This document shows, one piece after another, positions 1 to 8,907 of a DNA stretch of 32,000 nt (within the stretch, counting starts at the first letter, position 1; the number at the start of each line of letters is the position of its first letter). This stretch comes from Candidatus Saccharimonadota bacterium (GTDB taxonomy: Bacteria > Pseudomonadota > Gammaproteobacteria > Johnevansiales > Johnevansiaceae): the NCBI RefSeq assembly GCF_902713755.1, contig NZ_LR744089.1. One strand, given 5' to 3'. The position numbers and the translations under genes were made by a program. Under the pieces are notes generated by a model. The model was not told the DNA's origin and did not search any database. It worked only from the letters and a program-made list of their open reading frames with translations.

Positions 1-216
1 ACATATTACTTGCCAAAATTGTTTACCATCATTTATAATACATAATTTCAAATTATCTGTATAATTAATAATTTTTTTAATACAAGATATAAATACACCA
101 TTAACTTTAACTATATATAATGATTTCAATCCAATCATAGTTAGTTGTTCTGTAATAATATTAGAATCATATTCTACTGAAACCCATTCACGTATCCAAT
201 GTTCTGAAAATTTCAA
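1..216 (-). CDS. pheT: Phenylalanine--tRNA ligase beta subunit, first 72 codons (continues beyond window start)
   Basis: Not in the ORF track because it has no ATG. The minus-strand frame ending at nt 1 reads (TTG)KFSEHWIREWVSVEYDSNIITEQLTMIGL..., like the conserved PheT N-terminus (recalled E. coli MKFSELWLREWVNP...ITMAGLEV). The TTG at 216-214 overlaps the pheS TGA stop (215-213). The pheS-pheT order is canonical. Confidence 0.75.
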   Translation of the reverse strand, partial: MKFSEHWIREWVSVEYDSNIITEQLTMIGLKSLYIVKVNGVFISCIKKIINYTDNLKLCIINDGKQFWQVIC

Positions 217-1205
217 AATTGCCGCAAAATCCTTATATCATTATTAAATAATGTACGTAAATCTTTAATACCATACCGTAGCATAGTTAATCTTTCAGCT
301 CCCATTCCAAAAGCAAAACCATAATATTTAGGATTAATTTTTAAACGTTTTAATATATTAGGCTGAATCAGACCACAACCTATAACTTCCAACCAATCCG
401 AATAAGGTCTTATACGAATATCTACTTCGGCAGAAGGTTCTGTAAAAGGAAAATATGAAGGTCTAAATCTTACTTCTATTTTTTGTCCTTCAAAAAAACA
501 TTTTATAAAAATATCAATAGTACCTTTAAGATCAGAAAAACTAACAACTTCGTCAACCAATAATCCTTCAACTTGATGAAACATAGGACTATGATTTAAA
601 TCCGAATCACATCGATAAACTTTTCCTGCACCAATTACTCTTAAAGGAGGATTTTGTTTTTCCATTGTTCTTATTAATATAGAAGATGTATGACTCCGTA
701 ACATATATAACATTGAGTTAAAATAAAAAGTATCATGCATTGCTCTAGCAGGGTGATTTCTAGGCATATTTAATGCTTCAAAATTATGAAATTCATCTTC
801 TATTTCTGGTCCTACAACTAATTTATAACCAATATTACTAAATATTTTTTTTATTCTATATAAAGTACGTGTAATAGGATGCAAATTTCCTATATTTTCA
901 CCACATCTACCTGTTAATGTAACATCAATTTTTTCTTTTGCTATTTTATTTTTTATTGTTTCTTTTTCTAATAAATTATTATGATATTTCAACTTTTTAT
1001 ATAAAGTTTTTTTAGTTTTATTAATTGCTTCTCCAATAATTGGGAAAACAAAATCCTCATATGGTTTTATATGTTTTATATGTAATGTTAATTTACCTTT
1101 TTTACCAAAATATCGTATACGAACTTCATTAATCTTATTAATATTATTAGCTGCATTAATTTTAATATTTGCTTCTTCTATTAATTTAATAATAGTATAA
1201 TACAT
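213..1205 (-). CDS. pheS: Phenylalanine--tRNA ligase alpha subunit
   Basis: 330-aa ORF with class II aaRS motifs (RxDxDxxHxPMFHQxEG, GFAFGMGxERLxMLRYGIxDLR). It lies between rplT and pheT as in the classical infC-rpmI-rplT-pheST cluster. Confidence 0.95.
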   Translation of the reverse strand: MYYTIIKLIEEANIKINAANNINKINEVRIRYFGKKGKLTLHIKHIKPYEDFVFPIIGEAINKTKKTLYKKLKYHNNLLEKETIKNKIAKEKIDVTLTGRCGENIGNLHPITRTLYRIKKIFSNIGYKLVVGPEIEDEFHNFEALNMPRNHPARAMHDTFYFNSMLYMLRSHTSSILIRTMEKQNPPLRVIGAGKVYRCDSDLNHSPMFHQVEGLLVDEVVSFSDLKGTIDIFIKCFFEGQKIEVRFRPSYFPFTEPSAEVDIRIRPYSDWLEVIGCGLIQPNILKRLKINPKYYGFAFGMGAERLTMLRYGIKDLRTLFNNDIRILRQF

Positions 1206-1208
1206 TTG

Positions 1209-1556
1209 TTATTCCATATTATTTTTAATTATATTATAAAAATAATTTGTTTTTCTTATAGCAAAATCAGCAATTATTTTTCGATCAATATTAATATTAT
1301 ATTTTTTTATTAAATAAATGAATTTACTATAATTAATACCATAACTTCTTGCTGCAGCATTAATACGCATAATCCATAAACTTCTTAATTGACGTTTACG
1401 TTGCCGCCTATCTCTATAAGCATATTGTTTTGATTTTATTACAGCTTGTTTAGCAACACGGTACACTCTAGACCTAGCTCCATAATAACCTTTAGCCTGT
1501 TTAATAATTTTTTTATGACGTTTATGGGTAACAACCCCACGTTTAACACGGGACAT
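1209..1556 (-). CDS. rplT: 50S ribosomal protein L20
   Basis: 115 aa, [39 protein letters not shown]...[26 protein letters not shown], nearly colinear with bacterial L20. Confidence 0.97.
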   Translation of the reverse strand: MSRVKRGVVTHKRHKKIIKQAKGYYGARSRVYRVAKQAVIKSKQYAYRDRRQRKRQLRSLWIMRINAAARSYGINYSKFIYLIKKYNINIDRKIIADFAIRKTNYFYNIIKNNME

Positions 1557-1579
1557 TATTTAATTATTCTCCAAAAGTT

Positions 1580-1771
1580 TTAAACTGGTAACATGCTTTT
1601 TATTTTTTTAATATTATAAATATTAACTATACTTAATTTACGAAGTTTACGTTTACGTTTTGATGATTTTTTTGTTAATATATGATTTCGAAAAGAATGA
1701 CGATATTTAAAATTTTTAGAAGTTTTACGGAAACGTTTAGAAGCTCCACTATTATTTTTTATTTTATACAT
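1580..1771 (-). CDS. rpmI: 50S ribosomal protein L35
   Basis: 63 aa, very basic, [17 protein letters not shown]...[15 protein letters not shown], matching the L35 pattern (recalled MPKIKTxRGAAKRFKKT...HILTKKxxKRKRxLR). It lies between infC and rplT. Confidence 0.93.
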   Translation of the reverse strand: MYKIKNNSGASKRFRKTSKNFKYRHSFRNHILTKKSSKRKRKLRKLSIVNIYNIKKIKSMLPV

Positions 1772-1779
1772 AATAAAAC

Positions 1780-2307
1780 CTAATTATTTTTTTTGGGTGT
1801 AAGAATCATTGTCATTTGTTTACCTTCCAGTTTAGGTTTAGATTCTACTATTATTAAATCTTTTAAATCTATTAAAATACGTTCCATTAATTTTCTTCCT
1901 AATTCTTTATGAGCTATTTCTCGTCCTCTAAAACGTAATGTAACTTTACTACGATCTCCATTTTCTATAAAACGTATTAAACTTTTAATTTTTACTTGAT
2001 AATCACTTTCATCAGTAACAGGTCTAAATTTTACTTCTTTCACCTGAATTTGTTTTTTCTTTTGTGCAGATCTTTGTTTTTTTTGTTCAAATATAAATTT
2101 TCCATAATCCATAATTTTACATACTATTGATTCCGAATTATTATAAATTTGTACTAAATCTAAACCATATTCTTCAGCTTTATTTATAGCTTCATTAATA
2201 GATACTATACCTAATTGTTCACCTTCTTTACCAATTAAACGGACTTTATTAGCACGTATATTTCTATTTATTGGGGCTTCTTTTAATCTCCCGCGTTTAT
2301 TATTTAT
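1780..2307 (-). CDS. infC: Translation initiation factor IF-3, with a proposed non-canonical ATA start
   Basis: The track ORF (1780-2112) covers only the C-terminal domain. The same frame stays open upstream to an in-frame TAA at 2325-2323. It encodes ...[53 protein letters not shown]...[10 protein letters not shown], the IF-3 N-domain. That stretch has no ATG, GTG or TTG. ATA at 2307-2305 lies 8 nt after GGAG (2319-2316). Confidence 0.85.
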   Translation of the reverse strand: MNNKRGRLKEAPINRNIRANKVRLIGKEGEQLGIVSINEAINKAEEYGLDLVQIYNNSESIVCKIMDYGKFIFEQKKQRSAQKKKQIQVKEVKFRPVTDESDYQVKIKSLIRFIENGDRSKVTLRFRGREIAHKELGRKLMERILIDLKDLIIVESKPKLEGKQMTMILTPKKNN

Positions 2308-2353
2308 TTTTACGTCTCCGTATTATAAATTTTGCATTATTTTAATATTTAAA

Positions 2354-2374
2354 TTATAACAAAGTTTGTTATAA
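2354..2374. promoter_or_regulatory. Perfect 21-bp palindrome TTATAACAAA-G-TTTGTTATAA in the infC/proS divergent spacer, possibly back-to-back extended -10 elements
   Basis: The arms are 2354-2363 and 2365-2374. The plus strand reads TGtTATAAA (2367-2375) toward proS. The minus strand reads TGtTATAAT (2361-2353) toward infC. AT-rich DNA produces -10-like hexamers by chance, so promoter function is tentative. Confidence 0.25.
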
Positions 2375-2527
2375 AAGATATATTAACATTAGGATTTTTT
2401 ATGAAAAACCTAGAGCTTTGGCATTTTTCATGGGGATTACAATAATAGTTGTAATAATAATTCAAAAGTTTGATAATAAAGAATTAGTTATAGAGAATTG
2501 TTTTGGGGGAGAACAACAACTAATATT

Positions 2528-4183
2528 ATGCGTGCTAGTAAATTATTGATTTTAACATTAAAAGAAATTCCATCAAAAGCTGAAATTATTAGTCATAAAT
2601 TAATGTTACGGTCAGGTATGATTAGAAGTTTAGCTTCTGGAATTTATACTTGGTTACCTATTGGTATTAGAGTTTTAAAAAAATTTAAAAATATAATACG
2701 CCATGAAATGGCCTTAATTGGTGCTAATGAATTACTTATGTCATCAATACAACCTATAGAATTATGGAAAGAATCTCACCGGTATTTACAATATGGTCCA
2801 GAATTATTAAGATTTCAAGATCGTAATAAAAGAGAATTATGTTTTGGTCCCACTAATGAAGAAGTTATTACTGATTTAATACGTCGTGAAATTCATTCTT
2901 ATAAGCAATTACCATTAATATTATATCAAATTACAACTAAATTTCGTGATGAAATTAGACCTAGGTTTGGTTTAATTAGGGCACGTGAATTCATTATGAA
3001 AGATGCTTATTCATTTCATATTAATAATAAGTGTTTAGATGATACATATAAGGATATGTATGATGCTTATCTTCGGATTTTAAAACGGTTTAATGTTGAT
3101 TTTCGTTCAGTAATTGCAGAAAATGGTACAATTGGTGGTATTTGTTCTCATGAATTTCATATTTTAGCTAATTCAGGAGAAGATAAGTTAGTTTTATCTA
3201 ATAAATCTAATTATGCTGCAAATATTGAAATAGCTGAAGCTTTATCAAAAAATAATAAAAATTATATTAAAAAATCATCCTTAACATTAATTGATATAAA
3301 AAAAAATAAAAAGTTTTATATAAAAAAAAATATTAAAATATTAATTGTAAATGGTAAACAAAATAATTTAATAGCTTTAATATTACATTATGATCATGAA
3401 ATAAATAAAATAAAAGTTGAGAAACAATTAGAAGTTGCTAAACCTTTAAAGATATTAAATAATGAAGAAATATTAATAAAAATAGGAGAACACATAAATT
3501 TTATAGGACCTATTGGTTTAAATATACCTATTATAGTTGATAAAAGTGTATCTTTAATGAGTGATTTTAGTATAGGTGCTAATCAAAATAATAAATTCTA
3601 TGTTGGTATTAATTGGAATCGGGATTTACCTTTACCAAAAATTGTTGATATTAGAAATGTTGTATCTGGAGATTTATCACCTGATGGTGTTGGACACTTA
3701 ATAATAAAACGTAGTATTGAAGTTTGCCATATTTTTAAATTAGGTACAAAATATTCTACTTTAATGAATGCAAAAATTATGAATTCAATAGGTAAAAAAA
3801 AACCATTACTAATGGGATGTTATGGTATTGGCTTAACAAGAATAATCGCTGCTACAATTGAACATAATAATGATAAATATGGTATTATTTGGCCAGAAAA
3901 ATTAGCACCTTTTGAAGTTGTCTTAATACCGATTCATAAATCTAAAGAAGTAATTGAATTATCAGAAAAAATTTATAAAAGTTTTATTAAAGCTAATATT
4001 GATGTATTATTAGATGATAGAGAAATTAGATTAGGACATAAACTTACAGAATGGGAACTTATTGGAATTCCTCATCGTATTTTTATAAGTGATCGTAATA
4101 AAAAAAAAATAGAATATAATAATCGTAAAAATAAAAAATCTATTTTTATGAATCCAGATGATATAATAAAATTTTTTATTTAA
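2528..4183 (+). CDS. proS: Proline--tRNA ligase
   Basis: From ATG 2528 the product reads MRASKLLILTLKEIPSKAEIISHKLMLRSGMIRSLASGIYTWLPIGIRVLKK, colinear with the recalled E. coli ProRS N-terminus ([33 protein letters not shown]...). I regard the TTG at 2498 used by the track as a spurious 10-codon extension. The 3' end overlaps era by 8 nt (convergent). Confidence 0.93.
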   Translation: MRASKLLILTLKEIPSKAEIISHKLMLRSGMIRSLASGIYTWLPIGIRVLKKFKNIIRHEMALIGANELLMSSIQPIELWKESHRYLQYGPELLRFQDRNKRELCFGPTNEEVITDLIRREIHSYKQLPLILYQITTKFRDEIRPRFGLIRAREFIMKDAYSFHINNKCLDDTYKDMYDAYLRILKRFNVDFRSVIAENGTIGGICSHEFHILANSGEDKLVLSNKSNYAANIEIAEALSKNNKNYIKKSSLTLIDIKKNKKFYIKKNIKILIVNGKQNNLIALILHYDHEINKIKVEKQLEVAKPLKILNNEEILIKIGEHINFIGPIGLNIPIIVDKSVSLMSDFSIGANQNNKFYVGINWNRDLPLPKIVDIRNVVSGDLSPDGVGHLIIKRSIEVCHIFKLGTKYSTLMNAKIMNSIGKKKPLLMGCYGIGLTRIIAATIEHNNDKYGIIWPEKLAPFEVVLIPIHKSKEVIELSEKIYKSFIKANIDVLLDDREIRLGHKLTEWELIGIPHRIFISDRNKKKIEYNNRKNKKSIFMNPDDIIKFFI

Positions 4184-4988
4184 CTTTAACCCAAATTTTT
4201 AACATAATTTTTTTATTAAAAATATTTTCTATTGCAATTCGTGATTCACTACAAAGTTTTTTAATTATTCCTAATATAATATGTTTTTGACTATTACGTT
4301 TAACAATTATTAATGCATATATATAAATAATTTTAAATGTATTAATTAGTTTTTCTAATTTAACATTTATAAAATAAGGAATTTCAGAATGTAATTTATT
4401 TATTATTTTTTCTCTAATTAATTCAGCTATTAAAAAACTTTGATTTTGATCAGTTTTCTTATATGCAGGAAAATAATGATTGTTCTTAGGTAAATGAGAT
4501 ATTATTATAGATTCAAGTTCTTTAATACCTATACCTAATTTTGCTGAAATAGGTATTATTTCAGAACATTTAATTTTTTTATATAATTTTTTTAACCATG
4601 GTAACAAAATGTGTTTATTTTTTATCAAATCAATTTTATTAATTACAATTATTATTGATCTATTAATTTTTTTAAGATGTTTAAATAATATTTGTTCTTC
4701 AATATTCCAATACATACGATCTATTATAAATAATACGCAATCTGAATTTAAAATAGTATTTATCCATATTTGATTATATTTTTTATAATCTTTTTTTAAT
4801 ACACCTGGAGTATCTAAATAAATTATTTGAATATTACCTGTTGTTTTAATACCTATTATTTGTTTACGAGTAGTTAATCTATGACGTGAAGTAATAGAAA
4901 TTTTATGGCCTAAAATTCTATTAATCAAAGTAGATTTACCTACATTAGAACTTCCTACTAAAGTTACTAAACCACAAATATTATTCAT
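4176..4988 (-). CDS. era: GTPase Era
   Basis: 270 aa with G1 GSSNVGKST, G3 DTPG, G4 NKID and a C-terminal KH-like region. It lies immediately downstream of lepB, as in the lepA-lepB-rnc-era cluster but without rnc. Confidence 0.9.
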   Translation of the reverse strand: MNNICGLVTLVGSSNVGKSTLINRILGHKISITSRHRLTTRKQIIGIKTTGNIQIIYLDTPGVLKKDYKKYNQIWINTILNSDCVLFIIDRMYWNIEEQILFKHLKKINRSIIIVINKIDLIKNKHILLPWLKKLYKKIKCSEIIPISAKLGIGIKELESIIISHLPKNNHYFPAYKKTDQNQSFLIAELIREKIINKLHSEIPYFINVKLEKLINTFKIIYIYALIIVKRNSQKHIILGIIKKLCSESRIAIENIFNKKIMLKIWVKVK

Positions 4989-4989
4989 T

Positions 4990-5715
4990 TTATTTAATAA
5001 TTCTTATAGAATAAAAATTAGGTAAAATTTGATTTTTACCCCAATGCATCCAAACAGCAAGAGCGCGTCCTACAATATTTTGTTCGGGCACAAATCCCCA
5101 ATATCGACTATCATTAGAATGGTCACGATTATCCCCCATAACAAAATAATAATTTTCTGGTACAAAGAATTTTTTATATGATACACAGTTAGGATAATAT
5201 GGATCATGATATAATTGATGTTTATTGCTATCTATATCTTCTAACCAAATTTCTGTACTAAAGGTATTTTTTATAAATTTTTCAGGTATTTCATGTCCAT
5301 TAATCAAAATACGTTTATTAGTATAAGTAATAAAATCTCCAGGTAGTGCTATAACACGTTTAATAAAATCTAATTTTGTATCAAGTGGATATTTAAATAC
5401 AATTACATCACCTCTTGTAGGTTTTCCAATATTTAAAAGTTTTATATTTACTATTGGTAAACGTAAACCATAATTAAATTTATTTACTATAACAAAATCA
5501 CCTGAATGAAGAGTTGGTAACATTGAACATGAAGCAATTTGAAATGGTTCAAAAATAAATGAACGAACTAATAAAACTAATAAAAAAACAGGAAATAAAG
5601 ATCTAATATATTCTATATACCAATGTTTGTCTTGTATTGATATTTTTTTAAATCTCATTAATGATATTAATCCTGTTATTATTACAGCAAAAACTAAAAA
5701 TATGGAAAAATCCAT
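4990..5715 (-). CDS. lepB: Signal peptidase I
   Basis: 241 aa with an N-terminal transmembrane segment, the catalytic Ser box SCSMLPTL, the Lys box KRVIALPGD and GDNRDHSNDSRYWGFV. Its ATG overlaps the lepA TAA (TAATG). Confidence 0.93.
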   Translation of the reverse strand: MDFSIFLVFAVIITGLISLMRFKKISIQDKHWYIEYIRSLFPVFLLVLLVRSFIFEPFQIASCSMLPTLHSGDFVIVNKFNYGLRLPIVNIKLLNIGKPTRGDVIVFKYPLDTKLDFIKRVIALPGDFITYTNKRILINGHEIPEKFIKNTFSTEIWLEDIDSNKHQLYHDPYYPNCVSYKKFFVPENYYFVMGDNRDHSNDSRYWGFVPEQNIVGRALAVWMHWGKNQILPNFYSIRIIK

Positions 5716-7532
5716 TATTTACCTTTTTCAAATATATTTTGGTTTAATAAAGAAAATAATATATTTTTATTAATTTCTATACTTCCATTTTTTTTCATAC
5801 GTTTTTTACCTTCTTTTTGTTTTTCTATTAATTTTTTTTTACGAGTAATGTCACCTCCATAACATTTTGCAGTAACATTCTTTCTTAGTGCTTTAATTTT
5901 TGATTTTGCTATTATTTTCTTACCAATAACTGCATTGATTTTTATATCAAATAATTGTTTAGATAATAATATTTTTATTTTTTCTAAAAAACTTTTACCT
6001 TGTTTATATGCTTTATCAAAAGGAACAATCCTAGTTAAAGCTTCAATACGATTGTTATTTATTAATATATCTAAACGAACTAATTTATATTTTTTAAAAC
6101 GATAAACTTCATAATCTAATGATGCATAACCTTTAGAAACTGATTTAAGCCTATTAAAAAAATTTGTTATTACTTCAGCCATTGGTAATTCGTAAATTAA
6201 TTTAATATAATTTTTAATTAAAAACATATCAATTTGTTTTCCCCTATATTTAATACATTCTTTAATAACTTTACCTACATATTCTTTAGGTACTATAATT
6301 CTAGCAAGTACTATAGGTTCATATATTTTAAACAATTTATAATTTTCTGGAATTTTAGATGGATCATAAATATATTCTATTTTACCATTTTTGAATTTAA
6401 TCTTATATTCTACTGTTGGTAAAGTTATTATTAAATTTATACCATATTCACGTTCTATACGTTCTTTAACTATTTCTAAATGCAAATTACCAATAAAACC
6501 AATACGAAAACCACAACCATAAATATTAGAATTTTCTGGTATATAATTTAAAGAAGCATCATTTAATGCTAATTTTTCTATAGCGGTACTAAATTGTTTA
6601 TAATCTTTTATATTTACTGGATATACACCAGCATAAATTTTTGAATTAATTTTTTTAAACCCTGATATAAATGGAACATTATTAGTATTAGCATGTGTAA
6701 TTGTATCGCCTACTGGTGCTCCATGAATATCTTTTATACCAGCAACTATGAACCCAACTTCTCCTGCACTTAATTTACAAGTTAAATAACGCTTAGGGGT
6801 AAACAAACCTAATGTATTAATATACCAACTATGTCCTGTAGATTTAATAAGAATTTTATCACCTTTTTTTATAGTACCATCTTTAATTCGAATTAAAGAT
6901 ATTACCCCAAGATAATTTGTAAACCAAGAATCAATAATTAAAGCTTGTAAAGGCTTGTATGGATCACCTTTTGGTGCAGGAATATATTTTATTAATTTTT
7001 CTAATAAAATATTAATACCTAAACCAACTTTAGATGATATACAACAAACATTGCTATATTTTATATTAAATATTTTTTCAATGTTTTCAATTGTATTTTT
7101 AGGATTAGATTGAGGTAAATCTATTTTATTTACAACTGGAATAATTTTTAAACCACGTTTAAATGCTGTATAAAAATTATTTAAAGATTGAGCTTCAATA
7201 CCTTGACATGCATCAATAATTAATAATGCACCTTCACAAGCATATAACGACCTTTCAACTTCTATAGTAAAATCAACATGTCCTGGAGTATCAATTAAAT
7301 TAAATCTATATTTTTTACCTTGTTTACTTTTATATAATAATGTTACTGCTTGTGATTTAATTGTTATACCTCTTTCACGTTCTATATCCATAGAATCTAA
7401 AACTTGATCTTTAAAATCTCTTTTATATAAACCACCACCAATTTGAATAAATCTATCAGCTAAAGTAGATTTTCCATGATTAATATGTGCAATAATTGAA
7501 AAATTACGAATATATTTTGGAGTGATTAACAT
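5715..7532 (-). CDS. lepA: Elongation factor 4 (LepA)
   Basis: 605 aa, IRNFSIIAHINHGKSTLADR, DTPGHVDF, NKIDL and the LepA-specific C-terminal domain. The lepA-lepB order is conserved. Confidence 0.96.
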   Translation of the reverse strand: MLITPKYIRNFSIIAHINHGKSTLADRFIQIGGGLYKRDFKDQVLDSMDIERERGITIKSQAVTLLYKSKQGKKYRFNLIDTPGHVDFTIEVERSLYACEGALLIIDACQGIEAQSLNNFYTAFKRGLKIIPVVNKIDLPQSNPKNTIENIEKIFNIKYSNVCCISSKVGLGINILLEKLIKYIPAPKGDPYKPLQALIIDSWFTNYLGVISLIRIKDGTIKKGDKILIKSTGHSWYINTLGLFTPKRYLTCKLSAGEVGFIVAGIKDIHGAPVGDTITHANTNNVPFISGFKKINSKIYAGVYPVNIKDYKQFSTAIEKLALNDASLNYIPENSNIYGCGFRIGFIGNLHLEIVKERIEREYGINLIITLPTVEYKIKFKNGKIEYIYDPSKIPENYKLFKIYEPIVLARIIVPKEYVGKVIKECIKYRGKQIDMFLIKNYIKLIYELPMAEVITNFFNRLKSVSKGYASLDYEVYRFKKYKLVRLDILINNNRIEALTRIVPFDKAYKQGKSFLEKIKILLSKQLFDIKINAVIGKKIIAKSKIKALRKNVTAKCYGGDITRKKKLIEKQKEGKKRMKKNGSIEINKNILFSLLNQNIFEKGK

Positions 7533-7543
7533 AATAGTAGTAT

Positions 7544-8758
7544 TTAATTATTTTTTTTAAAAATTTTTATTGTTTTGTAGAATCTTTTCATACCTTCTTC
7601 AATTTCTTCATTAGAAATTATTAAAGAAGGAGCTAACCTTAATACATTATTACCTGCATTTAATAACATTAAACCATTTTCAAAAGCTAATTTTAAAATA
7701 TCTCTACCTCTGTTAATATAATTTTTATTTAATTCTATACCTATCAGCAAACCAATTCCTCGTATTTCTTTAAATATATCAAATTCTAAATTAATTCTTT
7801 TAATATGATTTTTAAATAACTCATGTTTTTTTTCAACTCCACTTAATACTTCATTAGAAGAAATTATATCAAAAGCTGTATTACCTACAGCACAAGCTAA
7901 TGGATTTCCACCATATGTAGAACCATGTACACCTAAACTAAATACTTTACCAATATTATTAGTAGTCAACATAGCAGCTAAAGGAAAACCACAACCTATA
8001 GATTTAGCTAAAGTAATAATATCTGGTTTAATATTATAATGCATATAAGTAAATAGTTTCCCTATTCGTCCCATTCCACATTGAACTTCATCAAATATAA
8101 GTAAGGCGTTATATTTTTTACATAAATAATGTACTTCTTCTAAAAAATAATGTTTTGCTACGTTTATACCACCTTCACCTTGTATTGGTTCTATAATAAC
8201 AGCACATGTATAATTATTAATTAATTTACGAACACTATTTATGTTATTAAATTCAGCATGTATTATTCCTATTGGAGCAGGTCCAAAACCTTTAGAATAT
8301 TTTTTTTTACCTCCTACGTTTACAGTAAACAAAGTACGGCCATGAAAAGATCTTTTAAAAGAAATAATTATATTTTTTTGTGAACCAAAAAAATTATAAG
8401 CATAACGTCTAGCTAATTTTAATGCTGCTTCATTAGCTTCTGCACCACTAGAACAAAAGAAGACTTTGTCAGCAAAAGTTTTTTGTACTAATTTTTTTGC
8501 TAAACATAAAGCAGGTTCATTAGTATAAAGATTAGATAAATGCCATATTTTATCAGCTTGTTCTTTTAATGCTGAAATTAGAGTAGGGTTAGAATGTCCA
8601 AGAGCATTAACTGCTATTCCACCTGCAAAATCAATATATTCACTACCATCTTGTACCCATATTTTACTACCATACCCTTTAACTGGAATTTTATTTTGAG
8701 GTGAATAAATTGGTAATATATAATTATAAAAATCTTTTATATTTGGAATAATATTCAT
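7544..8758 (-). CDS. argD: Acetylornithine/succinyldiaminopimelate aminotransferase (class III PLP aminotransferase)
   Basis: 404 aa, colinear with ArgD: YIDFAGGIAVNALGHSNP, FFCSSGAEANEAALKLAR, LLIFDEVQCGMGRIGKLF and THGSTYGGNPLA. Confidence 0.88.
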   Translation of the reverse strand: MNIIPNIKDFYNYILPIYSPQNKIPVKGYGSKIWVQDGSEYIDFAGGIAVNALGHSNPTLISALKEQADKIWHLSNLYTNEPALCLAKKLVQKTFADKVFFCSSGAEANEAALKLARRYAYNFFGSQKNIIISFKRSFHGRTLFTVNVGGKKKYSKGFGPAPIGIIHAEFNNINSVRKLINNYTCAVIIEPIQGEGGINVAKHYFLEEVHYLCKKYNALLIFDEVQCGMGRIGKLFTYMHYNIKPDIITLAKSIGCGFPLAAMLTTNNIGKVFSLGVHGSTYGGNPLACAVGNTAFDIISSNEVLSGVEKKHELFKNHIKRINLEFDIFKEIRGIGLLIGIELNKNYINRGRDILKLAFENGLMLLNAGNNVLRLAPSLIISNEEIEEGMKRFYKTIKIFKKNN

Positions 8759-8907
8759 AGTATTCTTTCTCTATTAGATTTAATTAATTTTTTAATGTTA
8801 TTATGATAAAATAATAAACTAAGAAAATTAAATAATAATTTAAATATATGTACTTTACAAGTTATTGTGTCAATTCATCAATCAAACCGTGCATGTGGAG
8901 TTATAAA

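Noticed and set aside
2498-2527. N-terminal extensions in the ORF track for proS (TTG 2498), valS (ATG 8848) and ybeY (TTG 14094).
   Set aside because: Conserved N-termini begin at the internal ATGs (2528, 8908, 14103). The extensions are non-conserved, and for valS they displace a good GGAG.
2308-2527. The largest non-repeat spacer as a possible small RNA gene (4.5S/SRP RNA, tRNA or riboswitch).
   Set aside because: It has no SRP domain IV-like motif, no cloverleaf and no GC-supported helices. Only weak A/T inverted repeats are present.
3298-4109. Long poly(A) tracts inside proS (A9 at 3298-3306, A9 at 3322-3330, A10 at 4100-4109) as possible frameshift or transcriptional-slippage sites.
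   Set aside because: The reading frame is intact across all of them and they encode Lys/Asn-rich insertions. They are only potential slippage substrates, with no evidence of a disrupted gene here.
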